Shown here piece by piece: positions 1 through 8,602 of a DNA stretch of 58,553 nucleotides (the stretch's first letter is position 1; every line of letters begins with the position of its first letter). The notes under the pieces were generated by a model. The model worked only from the letters and a program-made list of their open reading frames with translations. It made no database searches and was not told the origin of the DNA. The position numbers and the translations under genes are program-made. This stretch comes from Candidatus Deferrimicrobium sp. (GTDB lineage: Bacteria; Zixibacteria; MSB-5A5; GN15; FEB-12). The DNA is taken from positions 1 through 58,553 of the forward strand of contig DATMWY010000204.1 in assembly GCA_035562415.1 (NCBI GenBank), in the 5' to 3' direction.

Positions 1-749
1 CCCGCCGCGCGATCTCCTATACGCAGAAAGGACATGAGCCCCGATGAGGCGCCGCCGCCCGACAACGGTTCTCCGGAACCCCGAATGCTCGAGAAATTGG
101 TGCCGGTGCCGGAGCCATATTTGAACAAGCGAGCTTCCCGCTGCCAGAGGTCCATGATGCCGCCCTCATGTACGAGGTCGTCCGTCACCGATTGGATAAA
201 GCAGGCGTGCGGCTGCGGGCGCTCGTAGGCGTTTTTGGACTCCGTCAGCGTCAGGGTGCCGGGATCGACATAGTAATGTCCCTGCGCGACCCCCTCTATG
301 CCATAGGCGAAGTGCAAGCCGGTGTTGAACCACTGGGGAGAATTGGGAGCGGCAATCTGCGCCGCCAGCATATAACACAACTCGTCATGAAAGCCTTGTG
401 CGTCCCCGGGAGTGTCAAAATAGCCGTACTTCTCTCCCCATTGCCGCCAGCAACCGGCCAGACGATGGAACACGTGGCGAGCGTCCGATTCACCGCCCAG
501 GATCGGTTTCCCGTCGACTTCCCGGAGGACGTTTCCCTGCTCGTCTTTTTGGGGAACGCCGGCGCGACGAAAGTACTTTTGGGCCAGGATATCCACCGCC
601 ACCTGGGACCATTGTCGGGGGGCCTTGATATTGTCAGTCCGGAAAACAGTCGACCCGTCGGGATTCTTGATTTCGGATGACCGGCTGACAAACTCAACGT
701 CACGGTACGGAGAATCACCTTCCCTGGTGAAATAGCGCTCGACTTTCAA
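1..749 (-). CDS. nrdJ: Class II (adenosylcobalamin-dependent) ribonucleotide reductase, N-terminal ~249 codons; the rest runs off the left edge
   Basis: Own minus-strand translation (absent from the ORF track: TTG start, no stop in window): LKVERYFTREGDSPYRDVEF..WSQVAVDILAQKYFRRAGVP..ACFIQSVTDDL..LFKYGSGTGTNFSSIRGSGEPLSGGGASSGLMSF. GGAGG lies ~6 nt upstream of the TTG at 749-747. Confidence 0.88.
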   Translation of the reverse strand, partial: MKVERYFTREGDSPYRDVEFVSRSSEIKNPDGSTVFRTDNIKAPRQWSQVAVDILAQKYFRRAGVPQKDEQGNVLREVDGKPILGGESDARHVFHRLAGCWRQWGEKYGYFDTPGDAQGFHDELCYMLAAQIAAPNSPQWFNTGLHFAYGIEGVAQGHYYVDPGTLTLTESKNAYERPQPHACFIQSVTDDLVHEGGIMDLWQREARLFKYGSGTGTNFSSIRGSGEPLSGGGASSGLMSFLRIGDRAA

Positions 750-1374
750 GCTTTACCTCCAGTTGGCACTCGTTACAGTGCTCAAGCAAGTTGCCTAAGT
801 TGTTTCCGGACAATACTTCTCGAGCTGGTTATGCACACGGCCACGAGGGTCAATTGTCCCGAAATCCGACAAAAAAGTGCTGCCAGACTGAGAAACCCTA
901 TGTACGATGCAGCACGATTTCGCGGGGTTGCCAATATACGCCTGGCATCTGTGTCCACCCATTAAAACCATCGAATTTCAGCAGGATTCGTAGTGCGTTG
1001 AGCAGCAAGACGGTACGTTTGAAATCATGATGACCTATAACACGTCGTTGAGTTTTCGATCTCACGATTCGAGAAATGACTGTCGATAAGTTGCTTTCTT
1101 TCAGTGAAATGGACAGGTTTCGATTTTTACTCGCAATTCGGACCACTGCTCTAAAAGATTCGGTAAGTTCTAAGTTGTTGGTTTGATGTCTATTATATGA
1201 CAATCAACACGCGATCCACACATTATCTACAGAGATTGTGGAAAAGTTTGCTCCATATCCATAATAATTGAGCGGGGCATTTTTTGGATTTTATAGGAGG
1301 CCACCGATGGTAAATCCGGCTGCAGTGTGCCTTGGTTAGCGTGAACTTATTTTTGAAAAAGTTAAAAATTTTGC

Positions 1375-1403
1375 TTGACAAAAACCTGAGACGGCATTAT
1401 GCT
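1375..1403 (+). promoter_or_regulatory. sigma70-type promoter, TTGACA-N17-TATGCT, with upstream A/T tract
   Basis: TTGACA at 1375-1380, 17-nt spacer, TATGCT at 1398-1403. Preceded by ttatttttgaaaaagttaaaaatttt. Confidence 0.5.
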
Positions 1404-1409
1404 TGGAGT

Positions 1410-1493
1410 GCAATCGGAAAGTGTTACTCTTTCTGTGGATTACCTAATATCGTCCACCCAGGCAGGCCGACAAGACCTGCTTGGGTTTTTTTT
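1410..1493 (+). ncRNA. Candidate small RNA (~85 nt), family unknown
   Basis: Lies between the orphan promoter (1375-1403) and a strong intrinsic terminator (1457-1493). No credible ORF. Both neighbouring genes are on the other strand. The 5' end is approximate. Confidence 0.4.
1457..1493 (+). terminator. Rho-independent terminator
   Basis: 10-bp stem CCCAGGCAGG / CCTGCTTGGG (one G-U pair), 9-nt loop, followed by eight T (1486-1493). Confidence 0.8.
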
Positions 1494-1668
1494 GGGTGTG
1501 ACCCTGGTTTGAGGCGTCGGCTGTAATTGATCACGCGGGTTCATTTACTTTCCCTTCCATCAATACTCCCAGCGCCAAACGAAACTCCTGCGGGTTGTTC
1601 GCTTTGCGGTGGATAACGTGGTGAACTCCAACGTGGCCGGAAAGTCTGCCGAGGAATCGACGCGTCGG

Positions 1669-2979
1669 CTATTTCTCTTGATGCCCTGGCGGCAGCTGTG
1701 GCCAGCGTCCGGTTATCAGACGAGCGCCCCGATTGCGGGTGAAATAATTCCAGGCCCACTGGAAAAACACTAAGAGCCGATTCTCGAATTCTACGAGATA
1801 CATCAGATGGACGAAGAGCCACAACAGCCAGGCGGTGTAGCCGGAAACATGGAGCTTTCCGAAGAATCCGACCGCTGCGGCACGGCCGATAGTTGCCAGC
1901 GTGCCTTTGTCTCGGTAGTGAAAAGGCTTTGCTTGTTTGCCCTGCAGACGCCTGGCAATCAGCCGAGCAACATAGCGCCCCTGCTGCATAGCGACCGGCG
2001 CCAGCATAGGCAATGGCTGGGCGGCCCGGTGAGAACAATTCGCCAGGTCACCGATGACAAATACCTCCGGGTGCCCCGGCAGTGTCAGGTCGGGTTCGAC
2101 AATCACCCGTCCCTTGTCATCAAGAAGATCGGTATTCCCTTGGACCAGCAGGCGACCGAGCGGTGAAGCCGTGATTCCGGCAGCCCACAGGATGGTGCCC
2201 GCATCAATCAATTCCTGACGCCCTTCAGTCTCGAGTGTGACGCCATCAGGTTCAACTTGTAAAACTTTGGTGCGCGACCGCACCTCGATGCCCAATTTTT
2301 CCAGCGACTTTCGCGCCTCGTGCGACAATGACGGCGGAAATGCGGGCAGCACGCGATCAGCTCCTTCGACAAGGAGTATTCTCGCTTCCGCGGGATTGAT
2401 GGCCCGAAAGTCCCTGCGGAGCGTGTAATGAGCGATTTCCGCCAGAGCACCGGCAAGTTCCACGCCGGTGGCGCCGCTGCCGACAACGACAAAGGTCAGC
2501 CACGATCGACGCCTCTGAAGATCCGTTTCCATCTCCGCCGCTTCAAACGCCGTCAGGATTCGCCGCCGGATTTCCACGGCGTCCTCGACCGTCTTTAATC
2601 CCGGAGCGGTGTGGCGCCACTCTTCGTGTCCGAAGTAGTCGTTGTCGGCGCCGCTCGCCACGATCAAGCAGTCATAGCTAATCTCTTCCCGGTGATGCAG
2701 CGTCACTCGGCGCCGGGCAAGGTCGATATCAGTGACTTCCGCCAACAGGACGCGCGTGCGGCGATGCCGCTTGAGCACCGCTCGCAATGGGGATGCGATA
2801 TTACCGGGAGAGAGGCCGCCCGTGGCGACCTGATAGAGAAGCGGCTGAAAAAGATGGAAGTTTCTTTTGTCAATCAAGGTGACTTGGACCGGCGCGCGCC
2901 GCAGCGATCGAGCGGCATACAACCCGCCGAAGCCTCCGCCCACGATTACGACATGTGGTGTAGCTGGCTGCGAATTCAC
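1669..2979 (-). CDS. ndh: Type II NADH:quinone oxidoreductase (NDH-2)
   Basis: 436 aa. N-terminal HVVIVGGGFGGLYAA dinucleotide fold, FQPLLYQVATG, and a second GSGATGVELAG fold. Confidence 0.9.
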   Translation of the reverse strand: MNSQPATPHVVIVGGGFGGLYAARSLRRAPVQVTLIDKRNFHLFQPLLYQVATGGLSPGNIASPLRAVLKRHRRTRVLLAEVTDIDLARRRVTLHHREEISYDCLIVASGADNDYFGHEEWRHTAPGLKTVEDAVEIRRRILTAFEAAEMETDLQRRRSWLTFVVVGSGATGVELAGALAEIAHYTLRRDFRAINPAEARILLVEGADRVLPAFPPSLSHEARKSLEKLGIEVRSRTKVLQVEPDGVTLETEGRQELIDAGTILWAAGITASPLGRLLVQGNTDLLDDKGRVIVEPDLTLPGHPEVFVIGDLANCSHRAAQPLPMLAPVAMQQGRYVARLIARRLQGKQAKPFHYRDKGTLATIGRAAAVGFFGKLHVSGYTAWLLWLFVHLMYLVEFENRLLVFFQWAWNYFTRNRGARLITGRWPQLPPGHQEK

Positions 2980-3039
2980 AATCCGTCCTCAGTGCACAAA
3001 ACGATTTCGGTATGTTACCGAAACGTCTTGACGTACCCG

Positions 3040-5394
3040 CTATTTGACCAATTCGCGCAGCCGCTGCAAAACATCGACTCGGAAAGTAGCGCCCGCGGCC
3101 GGAGACCAGCCGACATCGTGTTCGAGCCGAGCCAGCGCGCGGTAGAAACCGTGCCGGGCGCTCAAACCGTTCAGTTCGGCGTCACGGGCGTTGTCCATGG
3201 CCTCAAGGAGAGCAGTCAGGCCGAGCCGCCCGGCCTCGTACTCCTCCTGTACGAGTTTCAGGTATCCAACGGCCAGCTCGGCGGATCGTAGTACTCTGGG
3301 CGTGCTGTGCAACTGCGCCAGGAGATCGTATATGTCGGCGCGAACGTTTTTGATCACGTCCAGTCGCACGGCATCCTGTTCGAATTCGATTCGGTTCAAT
3401 TCCGCTTTCAGCCGGGTACGCTCTCGCAGGCGGTCAGTGCCCAGAAAAAGCGGCCAGACCACTCCGCCCCACACCGACCACGTCGTGTGCTCTTCGGTGA
3501 ACACCGGCGGATCGTCAATCAATTCATCGTTGAAGTTGAGCGATCCGCGAATATCGAGCGTCGGCAGGAAGCGGGCCGTGTTCCTGCCGATCTGAAGCCG
3601 TTGAACGGAGACGTCGATATCGGCCGCCAGCACATCGGGGTGATTCTTGAGTGCCTCTTTGACAAGTGCTTCCTGGAGTCGGGCCCGGGAAGCTGCGCCG
3701 GCGGACATGGCGTCAAGCAGGCCATAGTCGTTCCAAAAGCGGGCTTCCGTGATGGCGTTGGTATCAAGCAGCAACGGGTCATCGGATGGCAGATTGAGCA
3801 GCGCGTTGAGCACAACTCCCGCAATTTGCACCTGTCCTTCGGCCGTCGCGATATTCGATATTGCCTGGTGTCGTTCATTCTGCCAGCGCAACAAATCAAT
3901 TTCGCCTTCTCGCTCATAAACCGTCCGGGCGCCGGCGGCCTCGAGGTTGTGCGCGACGAGTATCTGATACCGGCGATTCACTCCGAGGACTCCCCCGGCC
4001 TCAAGATGATCGAGATAGGCATTGGTCGTAGTGTTCTCCATATCCAGTCGGGATCGTTGAAGATTGGACACCTCGCGTTCTCGTTGCCGGCCGGCGATTT
4101 GGATGGTCCTGATTGCCGGGGCAGAAAAGAGGACCTGATGCGCTTCAAGCGAAGACGTAAGCGGGTTGCTCTGCAGCGTGCCGCGCGAATTGGCGACCGT
4201 GCGTTCGTCCAGATGCGCCGCCGACGCGCTGGCGCTTATCTGGGGTAGATATAAGGAATGGGTGCGCCGGTACTCCTGTGCGGACGCTTCAACGGCTTCC
4301 CGGCGGGCCAAGAGCCCCGGATTGAATGACAGTGCGCGGTCGACCGCCTGCGCGAGCGTTAACGGGGCGACCGATTCGGGCGGCGGGGCAGCAATGAGCA
4401 GCGCGTCATTGCGGATCTCCGCAGGGAGGCTGATGCGGCATTGGCGTGCCGTCAACTCGTGGATTGCAAGCATCTCCCCGTTTCGAGACTCAATCGGCAG
4501 ATCTGCCGGACGTTCTCCCCTGAAGATGCGCACTGCCTTGAGCGCGTTGAACCGCGAGTCCGAAACCGTCGAGAAAGCCGAGTTGCAGGCGAAGGCTCCT
4601 CTTTCGACTATGAGCAGCGGCTCAGCCGTGAAAACGGGTATCCCCTGGCGAGAGATTCTGGCCAGGAACTCCACCATCTTCGTTTCATTCATTCCCCACA
4701 GCGGCGGGAGGTACAGAGCGTCAACCTTCTCTGAAAGCTGGTTGTACGCTTTGAAAAACGCGTACGTGCCATAGTTGTCAACGCCACTGCCGGTGACGAC
4801 ATCAAATCCAAGACTATCGCCGAGAGAGTCAATAGCTGCAATTATGCCGGGGCTTTCGTCTCCGGACGGGAAGTAGAGCGCCCCCAATCGCTTGACAGTG
4901 ATGAGTTGAGTCAAGGCGCTCAGGTCTCTTTGGAGTCGCCCGGGTTTTGTCTGCACCGTCAGGTTGGGCGCTATCGGTTTGCCATCGGCGCCGATCAATC
5001 CCTGCGCCACCGGGTCGAATTGATGCATGGCCAGTATTGGCCGATCAAAACCGGCAGCCAGAAGGTCCTCCACCACCCATGGCCCGAGCGCCACGACCAT
5101 GTCGATGCTCTTGAGCGCTGTCAGCTCACCAGCCATGATGCGGCAGGAATCGCGCTTCCAGCCGGCTGAACGATAACCCTCCGGCACAAACGCGGCCTCG
5201 TACTCCTTCGGAAGCAGCAGACGCAACTGGCGGTCGAATTCAGCGCGCAGGATCGCATGAACCGGATACAGGCCACCCTCGAAATAACCGAGACGAAACT
5301 GCTTTGGCGGCTGGGCCAAAAGCGACGGCGTAATTGTCACGGGAGAGGCGGCAACGACGGCAACGGCAAGATAACGGACAATGGTTCTTAACAT
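3040..5394 (-). CDS. Exported fusion protein: ABC_sub_bind-like periplasmic binding domain (N-terminal ~330 aa) + TolC-family outer-membrane efflux channel (C-terminal ~440 aa)
   Basis: 784 aa with signal peptide MLRTIVRYLAVAVVAASPV. The N-terminal half resembles BMP/ABC_sub_bind binding proteins (DMVVALGPW, ILAMHQFDPV, NLTVQT, IPVFTAEP, RPADLPIE). The C-terminal half has two OEP-type repeats with long helical segments. Confidence 0.8.
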   Translation of the reverse strand: MLRTIVRYLAVAVVAASPVTITPSLLAQPPKQFRLGYFEGGLYPVHAILRAEFDRQLRLLLPKEYEAAFVPEGYRSAGWKRDSCRIMAGELTALKSIDMVVALGPWVVEDLLAAGFDRPILAMHQFDPVAQGLIGADGKPIAPNLTVQTKPGRLQRDLSALTQLITVKRLGALYFPSGDESPGIIAAIDSLGDSLGFDVVTGSGVDNYGTYAFFKAYNQLSEKVDALYLPPLWGMNETKMVEFLARISRQGIPVFTAEPLLIVERGAFACNSAFSTVSDSRFNALKAVRIFRGERPADLPIESRNGEMLAIHELTARQCRISLPAEIRNDALLIAAPPPESVAPLTLAQAVDRALSFNPGLLARREAVEASAQEYRRTHSLYLPQISASASAAHLDERTVANSRGTLQSNPLTSSLEAHQVLFSAPAIRTIQIAGRQREREVSNLQRSRLDMENTTTNAYLDHLEAGGVLGVNRRYQILVAHNLEAAGARTVYEREGEIDLLRWQNERHQAISNIATAEGQVQIAGVVLNALLNLPSDDPLLLDTNAITEARFWNDYGLLDAMSAGAASRARLQEALVKEALKNHPDVLAADIDVSVQRLQIGRNTARFLPTLDIRGSLNFNDELIDDPPVFTEEHTTWSVWGGVVWPLFLGTDRLRERTRLKAELNRIEFEQDAVRLDVIKNVRADIYDLLAQLHSTPRVLRSAELAVGYLKLVQEEYEAGRLGLTALLEAMDNARDAELNGLSARHGFYRALARLEHDVGWSPAAGATFRVDVLQRLRELVK

Positions 5395-5519
5395 GACTGT
5401 ACTATAGCCTTTCCGGACACAGGCAAAAACAACGGATGATGATAGCCAATTGCCGGTTGCCGTTAAAGTGAAATTCGCGGGCGGGGAAACGGCGGTAGGG
5501 CGAAATCAGGTACGCTTGT

Positions 5520-5587
5520 TAGGTCGAAATCTCCTCGTGGGTTTCGACCTACACAAAACTTCGTGGGTTTCGACCTACACAAAACTT
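5520..5587. repeat. Perfect tandem duplication of a 26-bp unit, combined with a 10-bp inverted repeat
   Basis: The unit cgtgggtttcgacctacacaaaactt occurs at 5536-5561 and 5562-5587. TAGGTCGAAA (5520-5529) is complementary to TTTCGACCTA in each unit. Confidence 0.85.
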
Positions 5588-5736
5588 GATGTAACGGACA
5601 CTGAAAGTGGGTCGGGTTAGGTTACCCGAGAAGGTGTTCACATGGTGGAAAGGCGTCGTCAGTACCATCGGCAGTTTAAGGAGCAAGCGATGATTGGTAC
5701 CGAGGTGTATTATAACCGATTTGCCGGTTGCCGAGC

Positions 5737-6087
5737 TTACTCTTTATCGAGCGCCTTAAATTCGCCCGTGATCTCGATGCGCACGTTGTATCCCTCAACC
5801 TGCGCCGGGATCTTTCCTTCCAGTTCACTAGCCGGTCGGCTGGCCATCACCACGATACACGGAGCGCCGTCACACTCACCGATCCCGGTCCCTTCCACGC
5901 CCGGAATGGCCATCCAGTGCTCAGTGTGATCGGCCAACACCTGTTCAATTGTTTTTCGAGCCACGGTTGGATCCTTTTGCGTTTCTCTTTTGTCGGCACA
6001 ACTTGTGACCGCGCAGGCAACAATGACCACGCCGACACCGAAGAGCAGCGCGAATATCGATGAGCGAGTTATGGCGTAATTGCACAT
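5737..6087 (-). CDS. Small lipoprotein homologous to the pro-region of the adjacent S1 protease
   Basis: 116 aa. Signal peptide and lipobox (VACAVTSC). WMAIPGVEGTGIG..VRIEITGEFKAL aligns with LMRIPGVVGTGTS..VEIEQTGPFKAL of the 6164-7189 product. Confidence 0.6.
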   Translation of the reverse strand: MCNYAITRSSIFALLFGVGVVIVACAVTSCADKRETQKDPTVARKTIEQVLADHTEHWMAIPGVEGTGIGECDGAPCIVVMASRPASELEGKIPAQVEGYNVRIEITGEFKALDKE

Positions 6088-6163
6088 CGGCCATCAGCCA
6101 GTTGAATACCGTAAAAAGGGGACGAGGTCGTTTGCCTCGTCCCGTTATGTTATCCAAACTCCG

Positions 6164-7189
6164 TTACTGCGTGCAGATCGACGCCGCAAACCGTTGGAGA
6201 ATCGGTCCGATAGGAGAGCAGACGGAAGTACCATCGTTGGTACCCGCGAACAACAAACCGACCGGATTGTTGTTGGCATCGTTCGTGACCACGAGAGAAC
6301 CCGAGTCGCCGGATTTGCTTATTCTTTTGGAGGTCATAAACTGGCCCACGTATCTCGCGGAACCGCTGTAGTAACCAACGGTCACGGTGACATTGACGGA
6401 CGTTATAGTGCCCGTTGTGAGTGAGGTAGTCCGCCCCACTTTTTTGATGGCCAGCCCCACGGAAGGCGACACGACCGTGCCGCCGGGGAAACCGTAGTAA
6501 TCCGGCAGCGTGGCGCAGGTGACGTCCGTGGTTGAGTACTGGGCAATGGCAGCGTCCATCGTGTTGTTGGCCGTGGGGGAAAAGACGATAGGCTCAAAAT
6601 CCGACAGGTCGGCCACCTTGCTCGACGCCCGGCAGCGCGTGTCGTACCGGCCGGGCTGAACGATATCTTCGCCGATGGCGGCATCATTTTCTCTGGCGAG
6701 CACGTGGTTGTTCGAGAGAATATACTTGTTGGATCCTTTCAACACGACGCACCCAATCGTTCCGGCGGCGCATTCATTGTTATTGCCCACGGATACACCT
6801 ATGGGAACGGGGCGATACTGCTTCGTAAGAGCCAGAGCCTTGAAAGGACCTGTCTGTTCGATTTCCACCGGCACGCCATCCAACCGGGCAGCTACCTGAC
6901 CGGCTGTGATCGGGCCGGCCGCAAAGACTTTTATCACGGGATTGCCGGCGGCATCAAGGCTCGTGCCGGTGCCGACCACTCCCGGAATACGCATCAAGGC
7001 ATCGGTGTGCCTGTTTTGGACGGCCATGACGGCGGCGACCCGAGCCGGATCTCCGCCAAGCATAGCGGCCATTTGCTGATTTGGATCCGGGGCATTGATT
7101 TCGCTCTGGCAGCCGAGCCAGAGAACGCACGTCGCTACGCCAAGCAGCAGAAGCGACGCTATCGTGAGGGCAGTGAGGCGATTTTTCAT
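6164..7189 (-). CDS. S1-family (chymotrypsin/alpha-lytic-protease-like) serine peptidase with N-terminal pro-region; probable lipoprotein
   Basis: Catalytic triad context: SNNHVLA (His), MDAAIAQ (Asp), GDSGSLVV (Ser). Signal peptide/lipobox LWLGC. ATG at 7189 preferred; ATG 7207 and TTG 7210 are alternatives. Confidence 0.85.
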   Translation of the reverse strand: MKNRLTALTIASLLLLGVATCVLWLGCQSEINAPDPNQQMAAMLGGDPARVAAVMAVQNRHTDALMRIPGVVGTGTSLDAAGNPVIKVFAAGPITAGQVAARLDGVPVEIEQTGPFKALALTKQYRPVPIGVSVGNNNECAAGTIGCVVLKGSNKYILSNNHVLARENDAAIGEDIVQPGRYDTRCRASSKVADLSDFEPIVFSPTANNTMDAAIAQYSTTDVTCATLPDYYGFPGGTVVSPSVGLAIKKVGRTTSLTTGTITSVNVTVTVGYYSGSARYVGQFMTSKRISKSGDSGSLVVTNDANNNPVGLLFAGTNDGTSVCSPIGPILQRFAASICTQ

Positions 7190-7842
7190 GAACGTTTCCC
7201 TTGACATCAAATCTTGGTTCAGACACTACGGGGAATGAGACTGGCGACATGACAACCTGCCGGACCGGCACGGAAGCTCTGCCTGCCTCTGCGCGCAAGA
7301 TGCCGCCACACCCGTCTCAAACTCCTTCGGACTATCACTCAGGTTTGCTCAATTGCTGCCGGTGAACCTCCTTTCATGTGACGCGAAGTCGCGCTCAGGC
7401 CACAGCCCGGCATGGCCGGACGGTAATGCTCAAAGATCGGATTCAGATAAACAGGCTCTCAGAGTTCCAACTACCTGATAGTGTACTCAAAAGACAAAAA
7501 AAGGCAAGAGAAATGTTACTCCCCGAGCTCGGGGGTACATTCCGGCGATTGTGGACTGCCGGGCTGTCCGCTCGATCTTGACTCTCGTCGACAAGTTTGC
7601 AGGTCGGGATTCCTGAAGCTGTCCCACAAGTTGACCGTGAGCACGATGATACCGGAGCATGGTACAGAGGAGGGTCACCAGTTTGCGCGTAGCGGCGGGC
7701 TTTATGTCCGCCGAAAGACAGGTGGGAGTCAAGCCCCCACCCTACGCGCTCCGCATCGCTTACTTTTGGGCCAATCTCTCTCGCCCTACCTAAGCGAGAC
7801 TCCAATCCCGACCGGCTGCGTCAGACTTGGTCCAAAGCGCTA

Positions 7843-8466
7843 CTACCAGGTGGCCTTGAACTCACCGGAGATCCTCTTGAAAATCTTGTAGCGGCGATCG
7901 ATTTCCTGCCAGTTGATATTCTTGAGGAACGCTTCGATGTACCTGGCTCGGGCCGGCCCCTGATCGTGGTAGTAGGCGTGCTCGTAGACATCGATGGCCA
8001 AAAGCGGAAACGTCCCCCAGACACCCCCCTGGTTATGCGCATCGCCGGTGAAATTGTGAATTGAGTCATCGAGCGGATCAAGCGCCGTCACGACCCAGCC
8101 GAGAGCGACCATTGCTGACGCCTTGAAATCTTCCACCCATTTGTCGTATGATCCATACGAACGCTCAAGATGCTTCAGGACCTCTCCGGTTGGGCGGCCG
8201 TCACCGCCGAGAATGTCCCAGAACAATTCGTGCAGAAGCTGGCCGGCGGCGTTGAACGTCTCATGGCGCTTAAGCCCGCCGAACTCGGAATAGTTGGCAT
8301 TGGCGGCGCTTCTGTCGACGGCCGCCAGCTTTTCGACAATCTCATTGCGCTTCTTGACGTAACCCGCGTAGTGGGTGTCATGGTGAAATTTATTGGTCTG
8401 CTCCGAGATCCCATCGAGTTTATCGTAGCGATAGGGGAGCGGTTTGACTTTGTATCGTTCAGCCAT
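7843..8466 (-). CDS. Fe/Mn-family superoxide dismutase
   Basis: MAERYKVKPLPYRYDKLDGISEQTNKFHHDTHY..AIDVYEHAYY. The internal ATG at 8466 has an AGGAGG upstream. The longer track ORF (to 8661) adds a non-protein-like extension. Confidence 0.92.
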   Translation of the reverse strand: MAERYKVKPLPYRYDKLDGISEQTNKFHHDTHYAGYVKKRNEIVEKLAAVDRSAANANYSEFGGLKRHETFNAAGQLLHELFWDILGGDGRPTGEVLKHLERSYGSYDKWVEDFKASAMVALGWVVTALDPLDDSIHNFTGDAHNQGGVWGTFPLLAIDVYEHAYYHDQGPARARYIEAFLKNINWQEIDRRYKIFKRISGEFKATW

Positions 8467-8602
8467 ATAGTAAAGACCTCCTGTCACAGTACATAGTGCC
8501 ACACGTGTGTGTCCGGCGTTATTGCCGGCGTGCCTAATGATTGGCGCTGGGAAGCACTGTGTCAAGCTGAAAATGGAGAAAGTCGAGCGAATCAGGCCAT
8601 TA

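Noticed and set aside
898-1203. 101-aa minus-strand ORF in the AT-rich gap, containing RRVIGHH (an Rx4H pattern like HEPN/DUF86 toxins)
   Set aside because: It has a TTG start only, no ATG until near its end, and no visible SD. It has no partner nucleotidyltransferase gene, and its low-complexity composition does not look protein-like. The Rx4H match is too short to mean anything on its own.
750-1330. Looked for NrdR boxes or a cobalamin riboswitch upstream of nrdJ
   Set aside because: Only a weak partial palindrome (CCACACATTATCTACAGAGATTGTGG, about 1216-1241) lies ~470 nt from the start. There is no tandem 16-bp NrdR-type pair and no B12-box-like core.
7440-7830. Possible tmRNA, RNase P RNA or TPP riboswitch in the long SOD-protease spacer
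   Set aside because: Neither strand shows a tRNA-like GGTTCGA-type T-arm with an ACCA-proximal acceptor, a GGAAAGTCCGGGC-type P4 core, an alanine-rich tag ORF, or a proper CUGAGA..ACCUGA..GGGA TPP core.
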